Assembly: GCA_949286985.1 (NCBI GenBank)
Contig: CASEEM010000017.1
Coordinates: 16,176 to 80,175 of the forward strand
DNA length: 64,000 bases
DNA from: an uncultured Eubacteriales bacterium
Lineage (GTDB): Bacteria; Bacillota; Clostridia; Peptostreptococcales; Anaerovoracaceae
Direction of reading: 5' to 3'
A program made the translations under genes and the position numbers. The notes below the pieces were generated by a model. It searched no databases. It saw only the letters and a program-made list of their open reading frames with translations, and had not been told where the DNA came from. Below, piece by piece: positions 28,824 to 37,823 of this stretch (position 1 is its first letter; each line of letters begins with the position of its first letter).

Positions 28824-29858
28824 TCACTCTGTTTCCTTCTCCTCTTCCTCCAGGAGCTTCAGCTCGTTTTCCGCCCAGTTCGGATCGGAGAGCATCGATC
28901 GTCCGACACCGATGAGATCGGCCTTATCCTCCATCAGAAGCTTGTCGGCTGCCGTGATGCTCGAGATGCCGCCCGTCAGGAGGAGCGGAAGATCGCAGAC
29001 CGGACGCATGAGCTTCGTCAGCTCGGAGAAATACCCCTGCGTATGTGTTTTGCCCGGGAGGATATAACCGGTCAGTCCGCCGGAAATATCGAGAAGATCG
29101 AGACTTGTCTTCTCTGCGAAGTGTGCTGCCATTGCAGCCGCATCCTCCGGCGTATTGCCGCCTTCCTTGTAATCGGCTGCGCCGAGGCGGAGGAAAATCG
29201 GGAAGTCGTACCCGACAGTTTGCCGGACGGCATCGATGATCTCGCGATGGATGCGGAGACGGTTCTCAAGCGTACCTCCGTAAGCGTCCGTGCGCTGATT
29301 CGTAATCGGTGAAGCGAATTGATTCAGCAGATAGCCGTGTGCTGAATGGATCTCCACGCCGTCGAAGCCGGCCTCCTTGACTGTCAGCGCCGAAAGCGCG
29401 AACTGACTGACCACCCGCTCGATATCGCTCGCGGTCATCACCCGCGTGCCGCCTTCTCGGTTCAGGAACGGAACGCCGGACGGAGAGAACGTGTCCGCCG
29501 TTCCCGTGATTTCCCTCGTCGTGGCGCCCCCGGCATGATTGATCTGACAGACAACCTTGCTGCCGCAGGCGTGAATCGCATCGGCGAGCTCGCGGAGACC
29601 GTCCACACAGTCATGCCCCGTGACAGCAATCTGTCCGACGCTCGCCTTGCCCTCCGGAGCAACATAGCAATGCTCCAAAATGACCAGGCCGAGATATCCG
29701 CCGTGTGCCATTCGTTTGTAATGTTCGATGTTCTCCCGGGTCACCTTGCCGTCGATCGGGGAGGCGGCATTCATGGCCATCGGCGGGAGAACGAGCCGGT
29801 TGTGCAGGGATAAGCCGGCGATTTCAATCGGCTGATTGATGAGAGACAATCCAATCAC
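28824..29858 (-). CDS. NADH:flavin oxidoreductase (old yellow enzyme family)
   Basis: NRLVLPPM, QINHAG, AGFDGVEIHSAHGYLLNQF, RTDAYGG; start uncertain (GTG/TTG). Confidence 0.92.
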   Translation of the reverse strand: MIGLSLINQPIEIAGLSLHNRLVLPPMAMNAASPIDGKVTRENIEHYKRMAHGGYLGLVILEHCYVAPEGKASVGQIAVTGHDCVDGLRELADAIHACGSKVVCQINHAGGATTREITGTADTFSPSGVPFLNREGGTRVMTASDIERVVSQFALSALTVKEAGFDGVEIHSAHGYLLNQFASPITNQRTDAYGGTLENRLRIHREIIDAVRQTVGYDFPIFLRLGAADYKEGGNTPEDAAAMAAHFAEKTSLDLLDISGGLTGYILPGKTHTQGYFSELTKLMRPVCDLPLLLTGGISSITAADKLLMEDKADLIGVGRSMLSDPNWAENELKLLEEEEKETE

Positions 29859-29947
29859 CGCCTTTCTGTGGATCTGCTCTTTGTGTGTACAGTGGTTCTG
29901 TCTGCCGAGAGGCGCGCGAGCAGCGTCCTCGGCAGAGGATGTTATCT

Positions 29948-31312
29948 TTAGCGTGCAGCCTCCGCAATGGCTTCGACAAAGGTCGGATGCGGATGAACCG
30001 TGCTCGCGACATCCTCGAGCGTGAGGTCGTTCGAGATCGCGATCGCGAGTTCACCGACGAGGTCGGTGGCGCGTCCGCAGAAGAGCTGCGCGCCGACGAG
30101 GACATGATCCTCTTCGCGGGCGACCAGCTTGATGAAGCCGCGTCCGAGATCCGAGAGTACGGTCTTGCCGTTCGCGCCCATGGCATACTTCTTCGTGATG
30201 ACGGCGATGCCTTCCTCCTTGGCCTGATCGGCGGTCAGACCGACCTCTGCGATCTCCGGTACCGTATAAATGCAGCTCGGTACGGTCTCCATGCGGATCG
30301 GGGCCTTCTCGCCGTTCATGAGAGCGACGGCATTACGACCCTCGGCCGTGGCGACGTGAGCGAGCTCGATGCCGCCGATGAGGTCGCCGATGGCATAGAG
30401 GCCTTCGACCTCCGTCTGATAATTCTCATTGACGGAGATATAACCCTTCTCGCGGTAGATGTGCGAGAGCTCCTCGGCAACGAGTCCCTCCGAAGTCGGA
30501 CGGCGGCCGACAGCCATGAGGACGATATCGGCAGGGATCTCCTGTTCGCCGTTCTTATCCGTATAGACGACGCTGAGGCGGCCGTCCTTTTGTTCGATGC
30601 GGGAGACCGGCGACTTCGTGAAGACGTCGATGCCGTTCTTCTGGAAGGCGGTCTTGAGGCTGCGTCCGAGCTCCTTGTCGCACGGCGGGAGGAGATGATC
30701 CATCGCTTCGATGACGCTGATCCCGGAGCCGAAGCCGTGGTAGACTGTGGCGAACTCGACGCCGATGACGCCGCCGCCGATGATGACGAGATCCTGCGGG
30801 ACTTCACCCTTCAGGTTGAGCAGGGCCGTGGAGTCGACGACGCCCGGGAGGTCGGCACCCGGAATCGGCGGAATGAACGGATGGCTTCCGGTGGCGAGAA
30901 GGATGTTCTTCGCTGTCTTCGTCTCTTCCGTGCCGTCTTCGCTTGTGATGACGACAGTATGAGGAGCCGATACGAAGCCGCGTCCGCGGAGGAGGTCGAC
31001 CTTCGATCGCTTGAGTCCGCCCTCGATGCCGTCGCGGAGCGTGGCGAGAACGCTTTCCTTGCGGTCGCAAACTTCATCGAGATCGACATCGACGTCGGCA
31101 TGAACGCCGAGCGAGGCGCTTTCACGGGCTTCGCGGGCAATCTCCGACGCGTGCATGATAGTCTTGGTCGGGATGCAGCCGCGGTTCAGGCAGGTGCCGC
31201 CGACCTTGTCGGCTTCGACGACGGCCGTCTTGCCGTATTTCGCTGCGTCAAAGGCGGCTTCGTAGCCGCCCGGGCCTGCGCCGATGATGATGAGGTCGTA
31301 ATCGTAATTCAT
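29948..31312 (-). CDS. lpdA: Dihydrolipoyl dehydrogenase (GCS L protein)
   Basis: GAGPGGY, GGTCLNRGCIPTK, GGGVIGVE, HPHPT. Confidence 0.95.
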   Translation of the reverse strand: MNYDYDLIIIGAGPGGYEAAFDAAKYGKTAVVEADKVGGTCLNRGCIPTKTIMHASEIAREARESASLGVHADVDVDLDEVCDRKESVLATLRDGIEGGLKRSKVDLLRGRGFVSAPHTVVITSEDGTEETKTAKNILLATGSHPFIPPIPGADLPGVVDSTALLNLKGEVPQDLVIIGGGVIGVEFATVYHGFGSGISVIEAMDHLLPPCDKELGRSLKTAFQKNGIDVFTKSPVSRIEQKDGRLSVVYTDKNGEQEIPADIVLMAVGRRPTSEGLVAEELSHIYREKGYISVNENYQTEVEGLYAIGDLIGGIELAHVATAEGRNAVALMNGEKAPIRMETVPSCIYTVPEIAEVGLTADQAKEEGIAVITKKYAMGANGKTVLSDLGRGFIKLVAREEDHVLVGAQLFCGRATDLVGELAIAISNDLTLEDVASTVHPHPTFVEAIAEAAR

Positions 31313-31377
31313 GACAGAGTCCTTTCTTGATCGGGAACGTGTTTGTTCGTGGGGAATGTGTATCTGTTATCTTGGCT

Positions 31378-32457
31378 TTAAGATATTTGCTCGGCCAGAA
31401 GGGAACAGATGTCTCGCGCAATCGTTCGATACAAATCTATACTAGCATAGGAATTCGTATCGAACGTGTGAGAATCTGTGAAGTCTTCGTAAACATCGAG
31501 GAGAGCTCTCCGAGTATAAGGAGTGCCGTTAAGCCGGTCTGCCAGGAGACGGAAGATTTCGGTTTCGAGCGAATCGGAATAAAGGGCCGCCTGACGGATG
31601 CGCCCCTCGTTCACCTCCAGGACCGCATGGACCTCGCCCCACGGGAAGCGGCGTGAGACCTCCGTATTGAACGGAATTCTCGCCCCGTAGCGCCACTCGT
31701 CCGAGGCATAACGCTCCGTGAGCTCTGCGAGCGCAGCGTCTTCCGTCGGGTCCGGCAGCGGGAGGTATTCAAGGCGGCCGAGCAGCGTCTCGGAAGAGGC
31801 CTTTTCCATAAGCGAAGAGGTATCGGCGTTCTCGGTATAGAGCTTGGCAAAGGCCGTGAGAAGCGCCTTGATCATCCGCTCCTTTGTGAGGTCCGGGCAA
31901 TGGTCTCGGAGATTCGTGACGCGGGAACGAACGGATTTCACGCCTTTCGAGCGGAGCTTTTCGGCCGAGACGGCGAGGTAGCGCGTGAGCGGCTCCGGGT
32001 CGACATCCAGCATGAGGGTCCCGTGGTGGTAGCAATAGCCGCGGCTGCGGTAATAGGCGTGGCCGGAGAATTTCATGTCATCGACGGTGAGGTCGTTTCT
32101 CCCGTTTTTGACGGCCGGGATGCCGAGGGAGCGGACCGCTTCCAGAATGACCTCCGTCTGCTTCGGGATGTCATAGAGCCCTTCGCGGGCGATAAAGGTG
32201 AAATTGAGGTTGCCGAGGTCGTGATAGACGGCGCCGCCGCCGGACATGCGCCGGGCGAGCTTGCAGCCCTCGGCCTTCATGGCTTCGACGCGGCACTCGC
32301 GCCAGGCATTTTGATTCTTGCCGATGACGACCGTGTTCGCATTCTGCCAGAGGAAGAGGAGCACCTCGTCCTTCGGCGCGCGGAAGGTGAGATATTCTTC
32401 CGTGGCGAGGTTGGTGAACGGGTCGGTGCATTTGCTGATAGTATAACGAAGCTTCAT
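31378..32457 (-). CDS. lplA: Lipoate--protein ligase
   Basis: NLATEE, RRMSGGGAVYHDLGN, GRNDL, KFSG, HHGTL, SVRSRVTN. Confidence 0.94.
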   Translation of the reverse strand: MKLRYTISKCTDPFTNLATEEYLTFRAPKDEVLLFLWQNANTVVIGKNQNAWRECRVEAMKAEGCKLARRMSGGGAVYHDLGNLNFTFIAREGLYDIPKQTEVILEAVRSLGIPAVKNGRNDLTVDDMKFSGHAYYRSRGYCYHHGTLMLDVDPEPLTRYLAVSAEKLRSKGVKSVRSRVTNLRDHCPDLTKERMIKALLTAFAKLYTENADTSSLMEKASSETLLGRLEYLPLPDPTEDAALAELTERYASDEWRYGARIPFNTEVSRRFPWGEVHAVLEVNEGRIRQAALYSDSLETEIFRLLADRLNGTPYTRRALLDVYEDFTDSHTFDTNSYASIDLYRTIARDICSLLAEQIS

Positions 32458-32606
32458 AAATCTCTCTTTTCGGTTGGAAATCGGTTGACCCGAGCAGCAT
32501 TTCAAAGAAATCGCATACAGCTTTTCGGGCTTGAAAAAGCCCCGGCAGGGCGCCGGGGCACTTCGGACAGCTACCGCCGCTCCGGAGGGAGCGGATGTAT
32601 TTCCGC

Positions 32607-34037
32607 CTATTCGAATGTATAGCGGAGTACCGGTTCTCTGGCCGCCTTGACTTCGTCGAGTCTGCGGACCGGTGTGGAGACCGGGGACTGGACGACCTGC
32701 GACGGAGCCGCCAGCATCGTTTCGTAGATCTTGCGGAAGGCTTCGATGGCCTCGTCGAGGACCTCCTTGCATTCTGTTTCGGTCGGCTCGATCATGAGCG
32801 CCTCGTCGACGATGAGCGGGAAGTACATCGTCGGCGGATGGATGCCGAAGTCGAGGAGCGCCTTGGCGATGTCGAGGGCGGAGACGTGATTCTCCTTCTC
32901 GAATTTGCCGAGGCCCATGACGAACTCGTGCATGCAGGTGCGGTTATAAGCCATCGGATAGATATCCTTGAGCTTCTCCATCATGTAATTCGCGTTGAGA
33001 ACGGCATTCTTCGCGAGCATCGGAATGCCCTCGCGGCCGTTAAAGGCGATATAAGCCAGCGCGCGAACGTTGACGAGGAAGTTGCCGTAGAAGCCCGTCA
33101 TATTGCCGTAGCTCTTCGGTGCACGTGTATAGACCGGCTTACCCTCGACCTCGCGGACGCGGAGTCCCGGCATGAACTCCTTGAGGAAATCCTTGCATCC
33201 GACCGGACCGCTGCCGGGACCGCCGCCGCCGTGAGGCGTCGAGAAGGTCTTGTGGAGGTTCAGGTGGATGACGTCGAAGCCGATGTCTCCCGGACGGACG
33301 AGACCGATGACGGCCTTCAGGTTGGCGCCGTCGTAGTAGCAGAGACCGCCGGCCTCGTGGACGAGGCGCGTGATCTCGAAGATATTCGTATCGAAGATGC
33401 CGACCGTGTTCGGATTCGTGAGCATGAGTCCGGCCGTCTTGTCGCTGAGCTTGCTCTTGAGATCCTCGAGGTCGATCATGCCGTCCTCGTTCGACTTCGT
33501 GACGATCGTCTTATAACCGGCCATGGTTGCCGAGGCCGGGTTCGTGCCGTGGGCCGAATCCGGGATGATGATCTCATTGCGCTGATCGTCACCGCGGTCG
33601 TGGTGATAGGACTTGATGAGGAGCAGTCCCGTGAACTCACCCTGTGCGCCGGCTGCCGGCTGGAAGGTGATGGCATCCATGCCCGTAATCTCGCAGAGAT
33701 AATCCTCGAGGGTGTCGAGAACCTCGGTACAGCCGGTGACCGTTTCGGCCGGCTGCAGCGGGTGAACGTTCGTGAAGCCCGGAAGGGCTGCGACGCGCTC
33801 ATTGATCTTCGGGTTGTGCTTCATCGTGCAGGAGCCGAGAGGATAGAAGCCGTCATTGACGCCGTGCGCTCTCTTTGCGAGCTTGGTGTAATGGCGGACG
33901 AGCTCGTTCTCGGAGATCTCCGGGAGCTTCGGCTCCTCCGCGCGAAGCGGAACGGAAGGAAGCGATACCGGTACATCGCACGGGGAGAAGATGTCCTGGC
34001 CGCGACCCGGAACGCTGCGTTCAAATACTAATTTCAT
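32607..34037 (-). CDS. gcvPB: Glycine dehydrogenase subunit 2
   Basis: YPLGSCTMK, SAHGTNPAS, HLNLHKTFSTPHGGGGPG. Confidence 0.96.
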   Translation of the reverse strand: MKLVFERSVPGRGQDIFSPCDVPVSLPSVPLRAEEPKLPEISENELVRHYTKLAKRAHGVNDGFYPLGSCTMKHNPKINERVAALPGFTNVHPLQPAETVTGCTEVLDTLEDYLCEITGMDAITFQPAAGAQGEFTGLLLIKSYHHDRGDDQRNEIIIPDSAHGTNPASATMAGYKTIVTKSNEDGMIDLEDLKSKLSDKTAGLMLTNPNTVGIFDTNIFEITRLVHEAGGLCYYDGANLKAVIGLVRPGDIGFDVIHLNLHKTFSTPHGGGGPGSGPVGCKDFLKEFMPGLRVREVEGKPVYTRAPKSYGNMTGFYGNFLVNVRALAYIAFNGREGIPMLAKNAVLNANYMMEKLKDIYPMAYNRTCMHEFVMGLGKFEKENHVSALDIAKALLDFGIHPPTMYFPLIVDEALMIEPTETECKEVLDEAIEAFRKIYETMLAAPSQVVQSPVSTPVRRLDEVKAAREPVLRYTFE

Positions 34038-35353
34038 GCGAGCACCTCCTTTGCCGTGCGGACGATGAGGTCCATGTCTTCCTTGGTCGAGAGCTCGGTC
34101 GTGCACCAGAGAATCTCATGATCGGAGAGCGGAAGTCCTCCGAGGATGTCCTTCTCTGCCAGTGCGGCGAGGAGCTTCGGCGCATCTTTGCAGGTCGTGA
34201 CGAATTCGTGGAAGAACGGCTTGTCATAGACAAGGTCCATGCCGGCCGAAGCGAGCTCTCCGGCGAGATAATGCGCCTTCGAGGTGCATTGCGTAGCGAG
34301 GTCCTTGAGACCCTTCGGGCCGACGGCTGCCAGGTAGACAGAAGCGCGGAGTGCGCAGAGTGCCTCGTTGGAGCAGACATTGGACGAGGCTTTTTCGCGG
34401 CGGATGTGCTGTTCACGAGCCTGGAGCGTCAGAACGAAGCCGCGGTCGCCGTTGGAGTCGACCGTCTCACCGACGAGTCTTCCGACGATCTTGCGCATGT
34501 TCTTCTGCGAGCAGGCGAGAATGCCGAGGTACGGACCACCGTAAGCGAGACCGAGTCCGAGCGGCTGTCCTTCGCCGGATACGATGTCGGCGCCGATTTC
34601 GCCCGGGGTCTTCAGAATGCCGAGGGCGATCGGATTGACGTGCATGATGAATTGGCCGCCCGCCTCATGGATGAGCGAAGCCATGGCATCGGCATCCTCG
34701 ATGATGCCGTAGTAGTTCGGGTATTGCATGAGGAGCGCAGCCGGAGCCTTGCCCTCTGCCAGCATGCTCTTGAGGGCTTCGAGATCGGTGACGCCGTCCT
34801 TGACCGGGACGAAGCGAATGTCCGTGCCGCGGCCGAAGGTATAACCCTTGATGACGTCGCGGACGCGAGGATCGACGGCCTCGGAAATGTAGACGGTGCT
34901 GTGACGTCTGTCGATCGTCATGTGGCAGGCTTCCGCAGCAGCGGAACCGCCGTCGTAGAGGGACGCGTTTGAGATCTCCATGCCGGTGAGCTCGCAGATC
35001 ATCGTCTGGTATTCGAAGATGGACTGGAGCACGCCCTGGCTGATCTCGGCCTGGTACGGCGTGTAAGCCGTCAGGAGCTCCTCCTTGGAGCTGACGGTCT
35101 CGACAATGGTCGGGACATAGTGATTATAAGCGCCGGCGCCGCGGAAAATCGCGCGATAAATGTGATTCTTCGCAGCCATGTTCGCGAGCATCTGATAGAC
35201 CGCGAGCTCCGACTTGCCTTCCGGAAGATTCAGCTCGCCCTTGACGAAGGCTTCCTTCGGAATGTCCTTGAAGAGGTCATCCCAATCCTTGTAGCCGATT
35301 TCGTGCAGCATGGCCAGCTGTTCTTCGTGTGTATCAGGAATGTAGGTGCCCAA
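34034..35353 (-). CDS. gcvPA: Glycine dehydrogenase subunit 1
   Basis: TAYTPYQAEISQG, NASLYDG, REQHIRREKASSNVC; TTG start after AGGAGG. Confidence 0.96.
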   Translation of the reverse strand: MGTYIPDTHEEQLAMLHEIGYKDWDDLFKDIPKEAFVKGELNLPEGKSELAVYQMLANMAAKNHIYRAIFRGAGAYNHYVPTIVETVSSKEELLTAYTPYQAEISQGVLQSIFEYQTMICELTGMEISNASLYDGGSAAAEACHMTIDRRHSTVYISEAVDPRVRDVIKGYTFGRGTDIRFVPVKDGVTDLEALKSMLAEGKAPAALLMQYPNYYGIIEDADAMASLIHEAGGQFIMHVNPIALGILKTPGEIGADIVSGEGQPLGLGLAYGGPYLGILACSQKNMRKIVGRLVGETVDSNGDRGFVLTLQAREQHIRREKASSNVCSNEALCALRASVYLAAVGPKGLKDLATQCTSKAHYLAGELASAGMDLVYDKPFFHEFVTTCKDAPKLLAALAEKDILGGLPLSDHEILWCTTELSTKEDMDLIVRTAKEVLA

Positions 35354-35375
35354 TGTGAACCTCCTGTTCAATGTG

Positions 35376-35404
35376 AAAAAAAGGACCGACCGGTCGGCCG
35401 GTCC
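35376..35404 (-). terminator. Internal terminator between gcvH and gcvPA
   Basis: Minus strand GGACCGGCC-loop-GGTCGGTCC followed by T7. Confidence 0.7.
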
Positions 35405-35425
35405 CGCTTTAGAAGATGCGATTGC

Positions 35426-35806
35426 TTATGCCTCTTCCTCCTGGACGAACTGATCATAGGCGTCCGCATCGAGGAGCTCTTCTGTCTCCGTGATGTCGGT
35501 AACCTTGATGAACCAAGCCTCATAAGGCTCGTTGTTGATCTCTTCCGGTGCGTCGAGGAGATCCTCGTTGATATCAGCGACAACGCCGCTGACCGGGGAG
35601 ATGACATCCGAAACGGCCTTAACCGACTCGAGATCGCCGAAAGCCTCGCCGGCCGTGACAGCATCGTCAACCTCCGGGAGATTCAGGAATACGAGGTCGC
35701 CGAGGCTGTGCTGTGCATAATCGGTGATACCGATGTAAGCATCGTCGCCGTCGTAGCGAACCCACTCATGGGACTTGGAATACTTGAGTTCTTTTGGATC
35801 GATCAT
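35426..35806 (-). CDS. gcvH: Glycine cleavage H protein
   Basis: YSKSHEW, GITDYAQ, ESVKAVSD lipoyl-lysine motif. Confidence 0.97.
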   Translation of the reverse strand: MIDPKELKYSKSHEWVRYDGDDAYIGITDYAQHSLGDLVFLNLPEVDDAVTAGEAFGDLESVKAVSDVISPVSGVVADINEDLLDAPEEINNEPYEAWFIKVTDITETEELLDADAYDQFVQEEEA

Positions 35807-35899
35807 GATGTCCTCCTTCTGATGGATGAAATGATAATGGATACATGAGCTGCGCTGCGCGGCATCCTGAAGGCACGGCAGCAACAGACTCGGGTGATG

Positions 35900-36994
35900 C
35901 TATTTCTCTCTCTTATAGAAAGGAACCTTGCACATCTCGCAGGCGATGCGGCGACCGCGGACCTCGACCTCGCAAGGAGCGCCGATCTCGCGGGCTTCGC
36001 TCTTGACGAGAGCCATGGCATAGGAGCCCTGCAGGTAAGGGAGATAGGTGCCGGAGGTCGTGATACCGATCTCCTCGCCGTCACGGTAGACCTTGCACTC
36101 TTCGCGGAGAATGCCGCGGCCCGTGACCTTGATGCCGACGCGGCGGATCTTGAGGCCTTCCTCTATCTCCTTCGCAATGGCTTCCTTGCCGATGAATTCC
36201 GGCTTGTCCATCTTGATGGCGAAGCTGAGCGCAGCGACCTTCGGGCTGATCTCATCGTTCATCTCGTGTCCGTAGAGCGGCATGCCGGCTTCGAGGCGAA
36301 GCGTGTCGCGTGCGCCGAGCCCGCACGGGATGAGGCCCTCTTCCTTGCCGGCTTCGAGGAGGATGTTCCAGAAATCTACCGCCTTATCGGCCGGCATGTA
36401 GATCTCGAATCCGTCCTCGCCGGTATAACCGGTGCGCGAAATCATGCAAGGCATGCCCTCGAGCGTGGCATCGAATACGCAGGTATAATATCCTGCCGGG
36501 ATGCTCTCTGCCGGAGCGACCTTGGAGAGGATGGTCTCGGCCTTCGGACCCTGGAGTGCGAGCTGACCCCACTCATCACCGACATCGGTGACCGTGACAT
36601 CGCCGATGACATGATCCTTCATCCAGGCGAAATCCTTCTCGCGGTTCGCTGCGTTGACGACGACGAAATAATCGCCCTCCGCCTTGCGATAGACGATCAA
36701 ATCATCGACCGTGCCGCCGTGCTCATTGCACATCGGGCTGTAACGCGCGTGGTTGTCCTTGAGTCCGGTGTAATCGTTGGTGAGAAGATGATTGAGATAC
36801 TTCTCGGCATCCGGTCCCTGAACGAGGATCTCTCCCATGTGGGAGACGTCGAAGAGGCCGCATGCGGTGCGGGTAGCCATGTGCTCCTGCTTGATGCCCG
36901 TCTCGTACTGAACCGGGAGCAGGAAGCCGCCGAACGGTACAATGGTACCACCGCATTTGACATGCTCATCGTAGAGCGGAGTCTTTCTGTCCAT
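35900..36994 (-). CDS. gcvT: Glycine cleavage aminomethyltransferase T
   Basis: KTPLY, FDVSHMGE, SRTGYTGEDGFE, GLGARDTLRLEAG. Confidence 0.97.
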   Translation of the reverse strand: MDRKTPLYDEHVKCGGTIVPFGGFLLPVQYETGIKQEHMATRTACGLFDVSHMGEILVQGPDAEKYLNHLLTNDYTGLKDNHARYSPMCNEHGGTVDDLIVYRKAEGDYFVVVNAANREKDFAWMKDHVIGDVTVTDVGDEWGQLALQGPKAETILSKVAPAESIPAGYYTCVFDATLEGMPCMISRTGYTGEDGFEIYMPADKAVDFWNILLEAGKEEGLIPCGLGARDTLRLEAGMPLYGHEMNDEISPKVAALSFAIKMDKPEFIGKEAIAKEIEEGLKIRRVGIKVTGRGILREECKVYRDGEEIGITTSGTYLPYLQGSYAMALVKSEAREIGAPCEVEVRGRRIACEMCKVPFYKREK

Positions 36995-37075
36995 CTTAAT
37001 AATACCTCCATTGTATACTTACACGTACATTTTGATAGTAGCACAGTACCCCTTCAAATTCAATCTTGTGCGGGG

Positions 37076-37699
37076 CTAGATCGGGAGTTTGGAGACAAAG
37101 AATATTAATGGATTATGATCATAGATCAATCCTGCCAATAGCGAATGATTGAGCTGCTCGTTGACGGCGGTCAGGCAGCTCGGGGCGAAGAAGCCGGTGA
37201 CCGGAAGGAGCAGGGCGAGGAGGAGCAGGATGAGGATCACGCCTTTGAGAGCGCCGCACAGGATGCCGGCTGCGGCATCCGCCGCACCGATGAGGGTGCG
37301 GGGGCGGCCTTTTCTGCGAAAGACCCTGGAAAAGAGGAAGACGGTCACACCGATGATGATGCCGAAGGCGAGGAGGGTCATCGTGAAATCCGTGAAGTGG
37401 TTTACGGTCGTGCGGAGGCCCTCCATGCCGATCTCCTTCAGGCGGTCGTGGAGGAACTCCGGAAAGAGCATGGCAAGATCGACGGTCTCATCCTTGAAGT
37501 GCTCCATCAAGCGGTCACGCATGAAATCGTCGAACGGGGTCATCTTAATAATGGAAGAGAATTCTTCTGCATAAAGCACGCCGAGAATGATGCCGAGCGC
37601 CCACCCGGCAAGGCGGCCGAGCGAGCGGAGGAAGCCGGCGGTGCGACCTCGAACGGTGCAGATGCAGAAAATCAGCAAAATCAAAATATCTAAAATCAT
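37076..37699 (-). CDS. CvpA (colicin V production) family membrane protein
   Basis: MILDILILL...RGRTAGFL N-terminus, D..AG.L.G.LKG motif, four TM helices. Confidence 0.8.
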   Translation of the reverse strand: MILDILILLIFCICTVRGRTAGFLRSLGRLAGWALGIILGVLYAEEFSSIIKMTPFDDFMRDRLMEHFKDETVDLAMLFPEFLHDRLKEIGMEGLRTTVNHFTDFTMTLLAFGIIIGVTVFLFSRVFRRKGRPRTLIGAADAAAGILCGALKGVILILLLLALLLPVTGFFAPSCLTAVNEQLNHSLLAGLIYDHNPLIFFVSKLPI

Positions 37700-37823
37700 A
37701 AATCAATTATCCATCAGAAAAGTACCATGTGCAAGCGCGTTCGAGAGTGTTATAATTCTAACCGGAACATAGTACAAATCGGGGTTCTTTAACAAGTTCA
37801 ACGAAATAAAAGGAGGAATCACT

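Noticed and set aside
36995-37075. Glycine riboswitch upstream of gcvT (also looked for before the Ala/Gly symporter)
   Set aside because: The leaders are too short and lack GGAGA...CCGAAG...CTCTCAGG aptamer motifs
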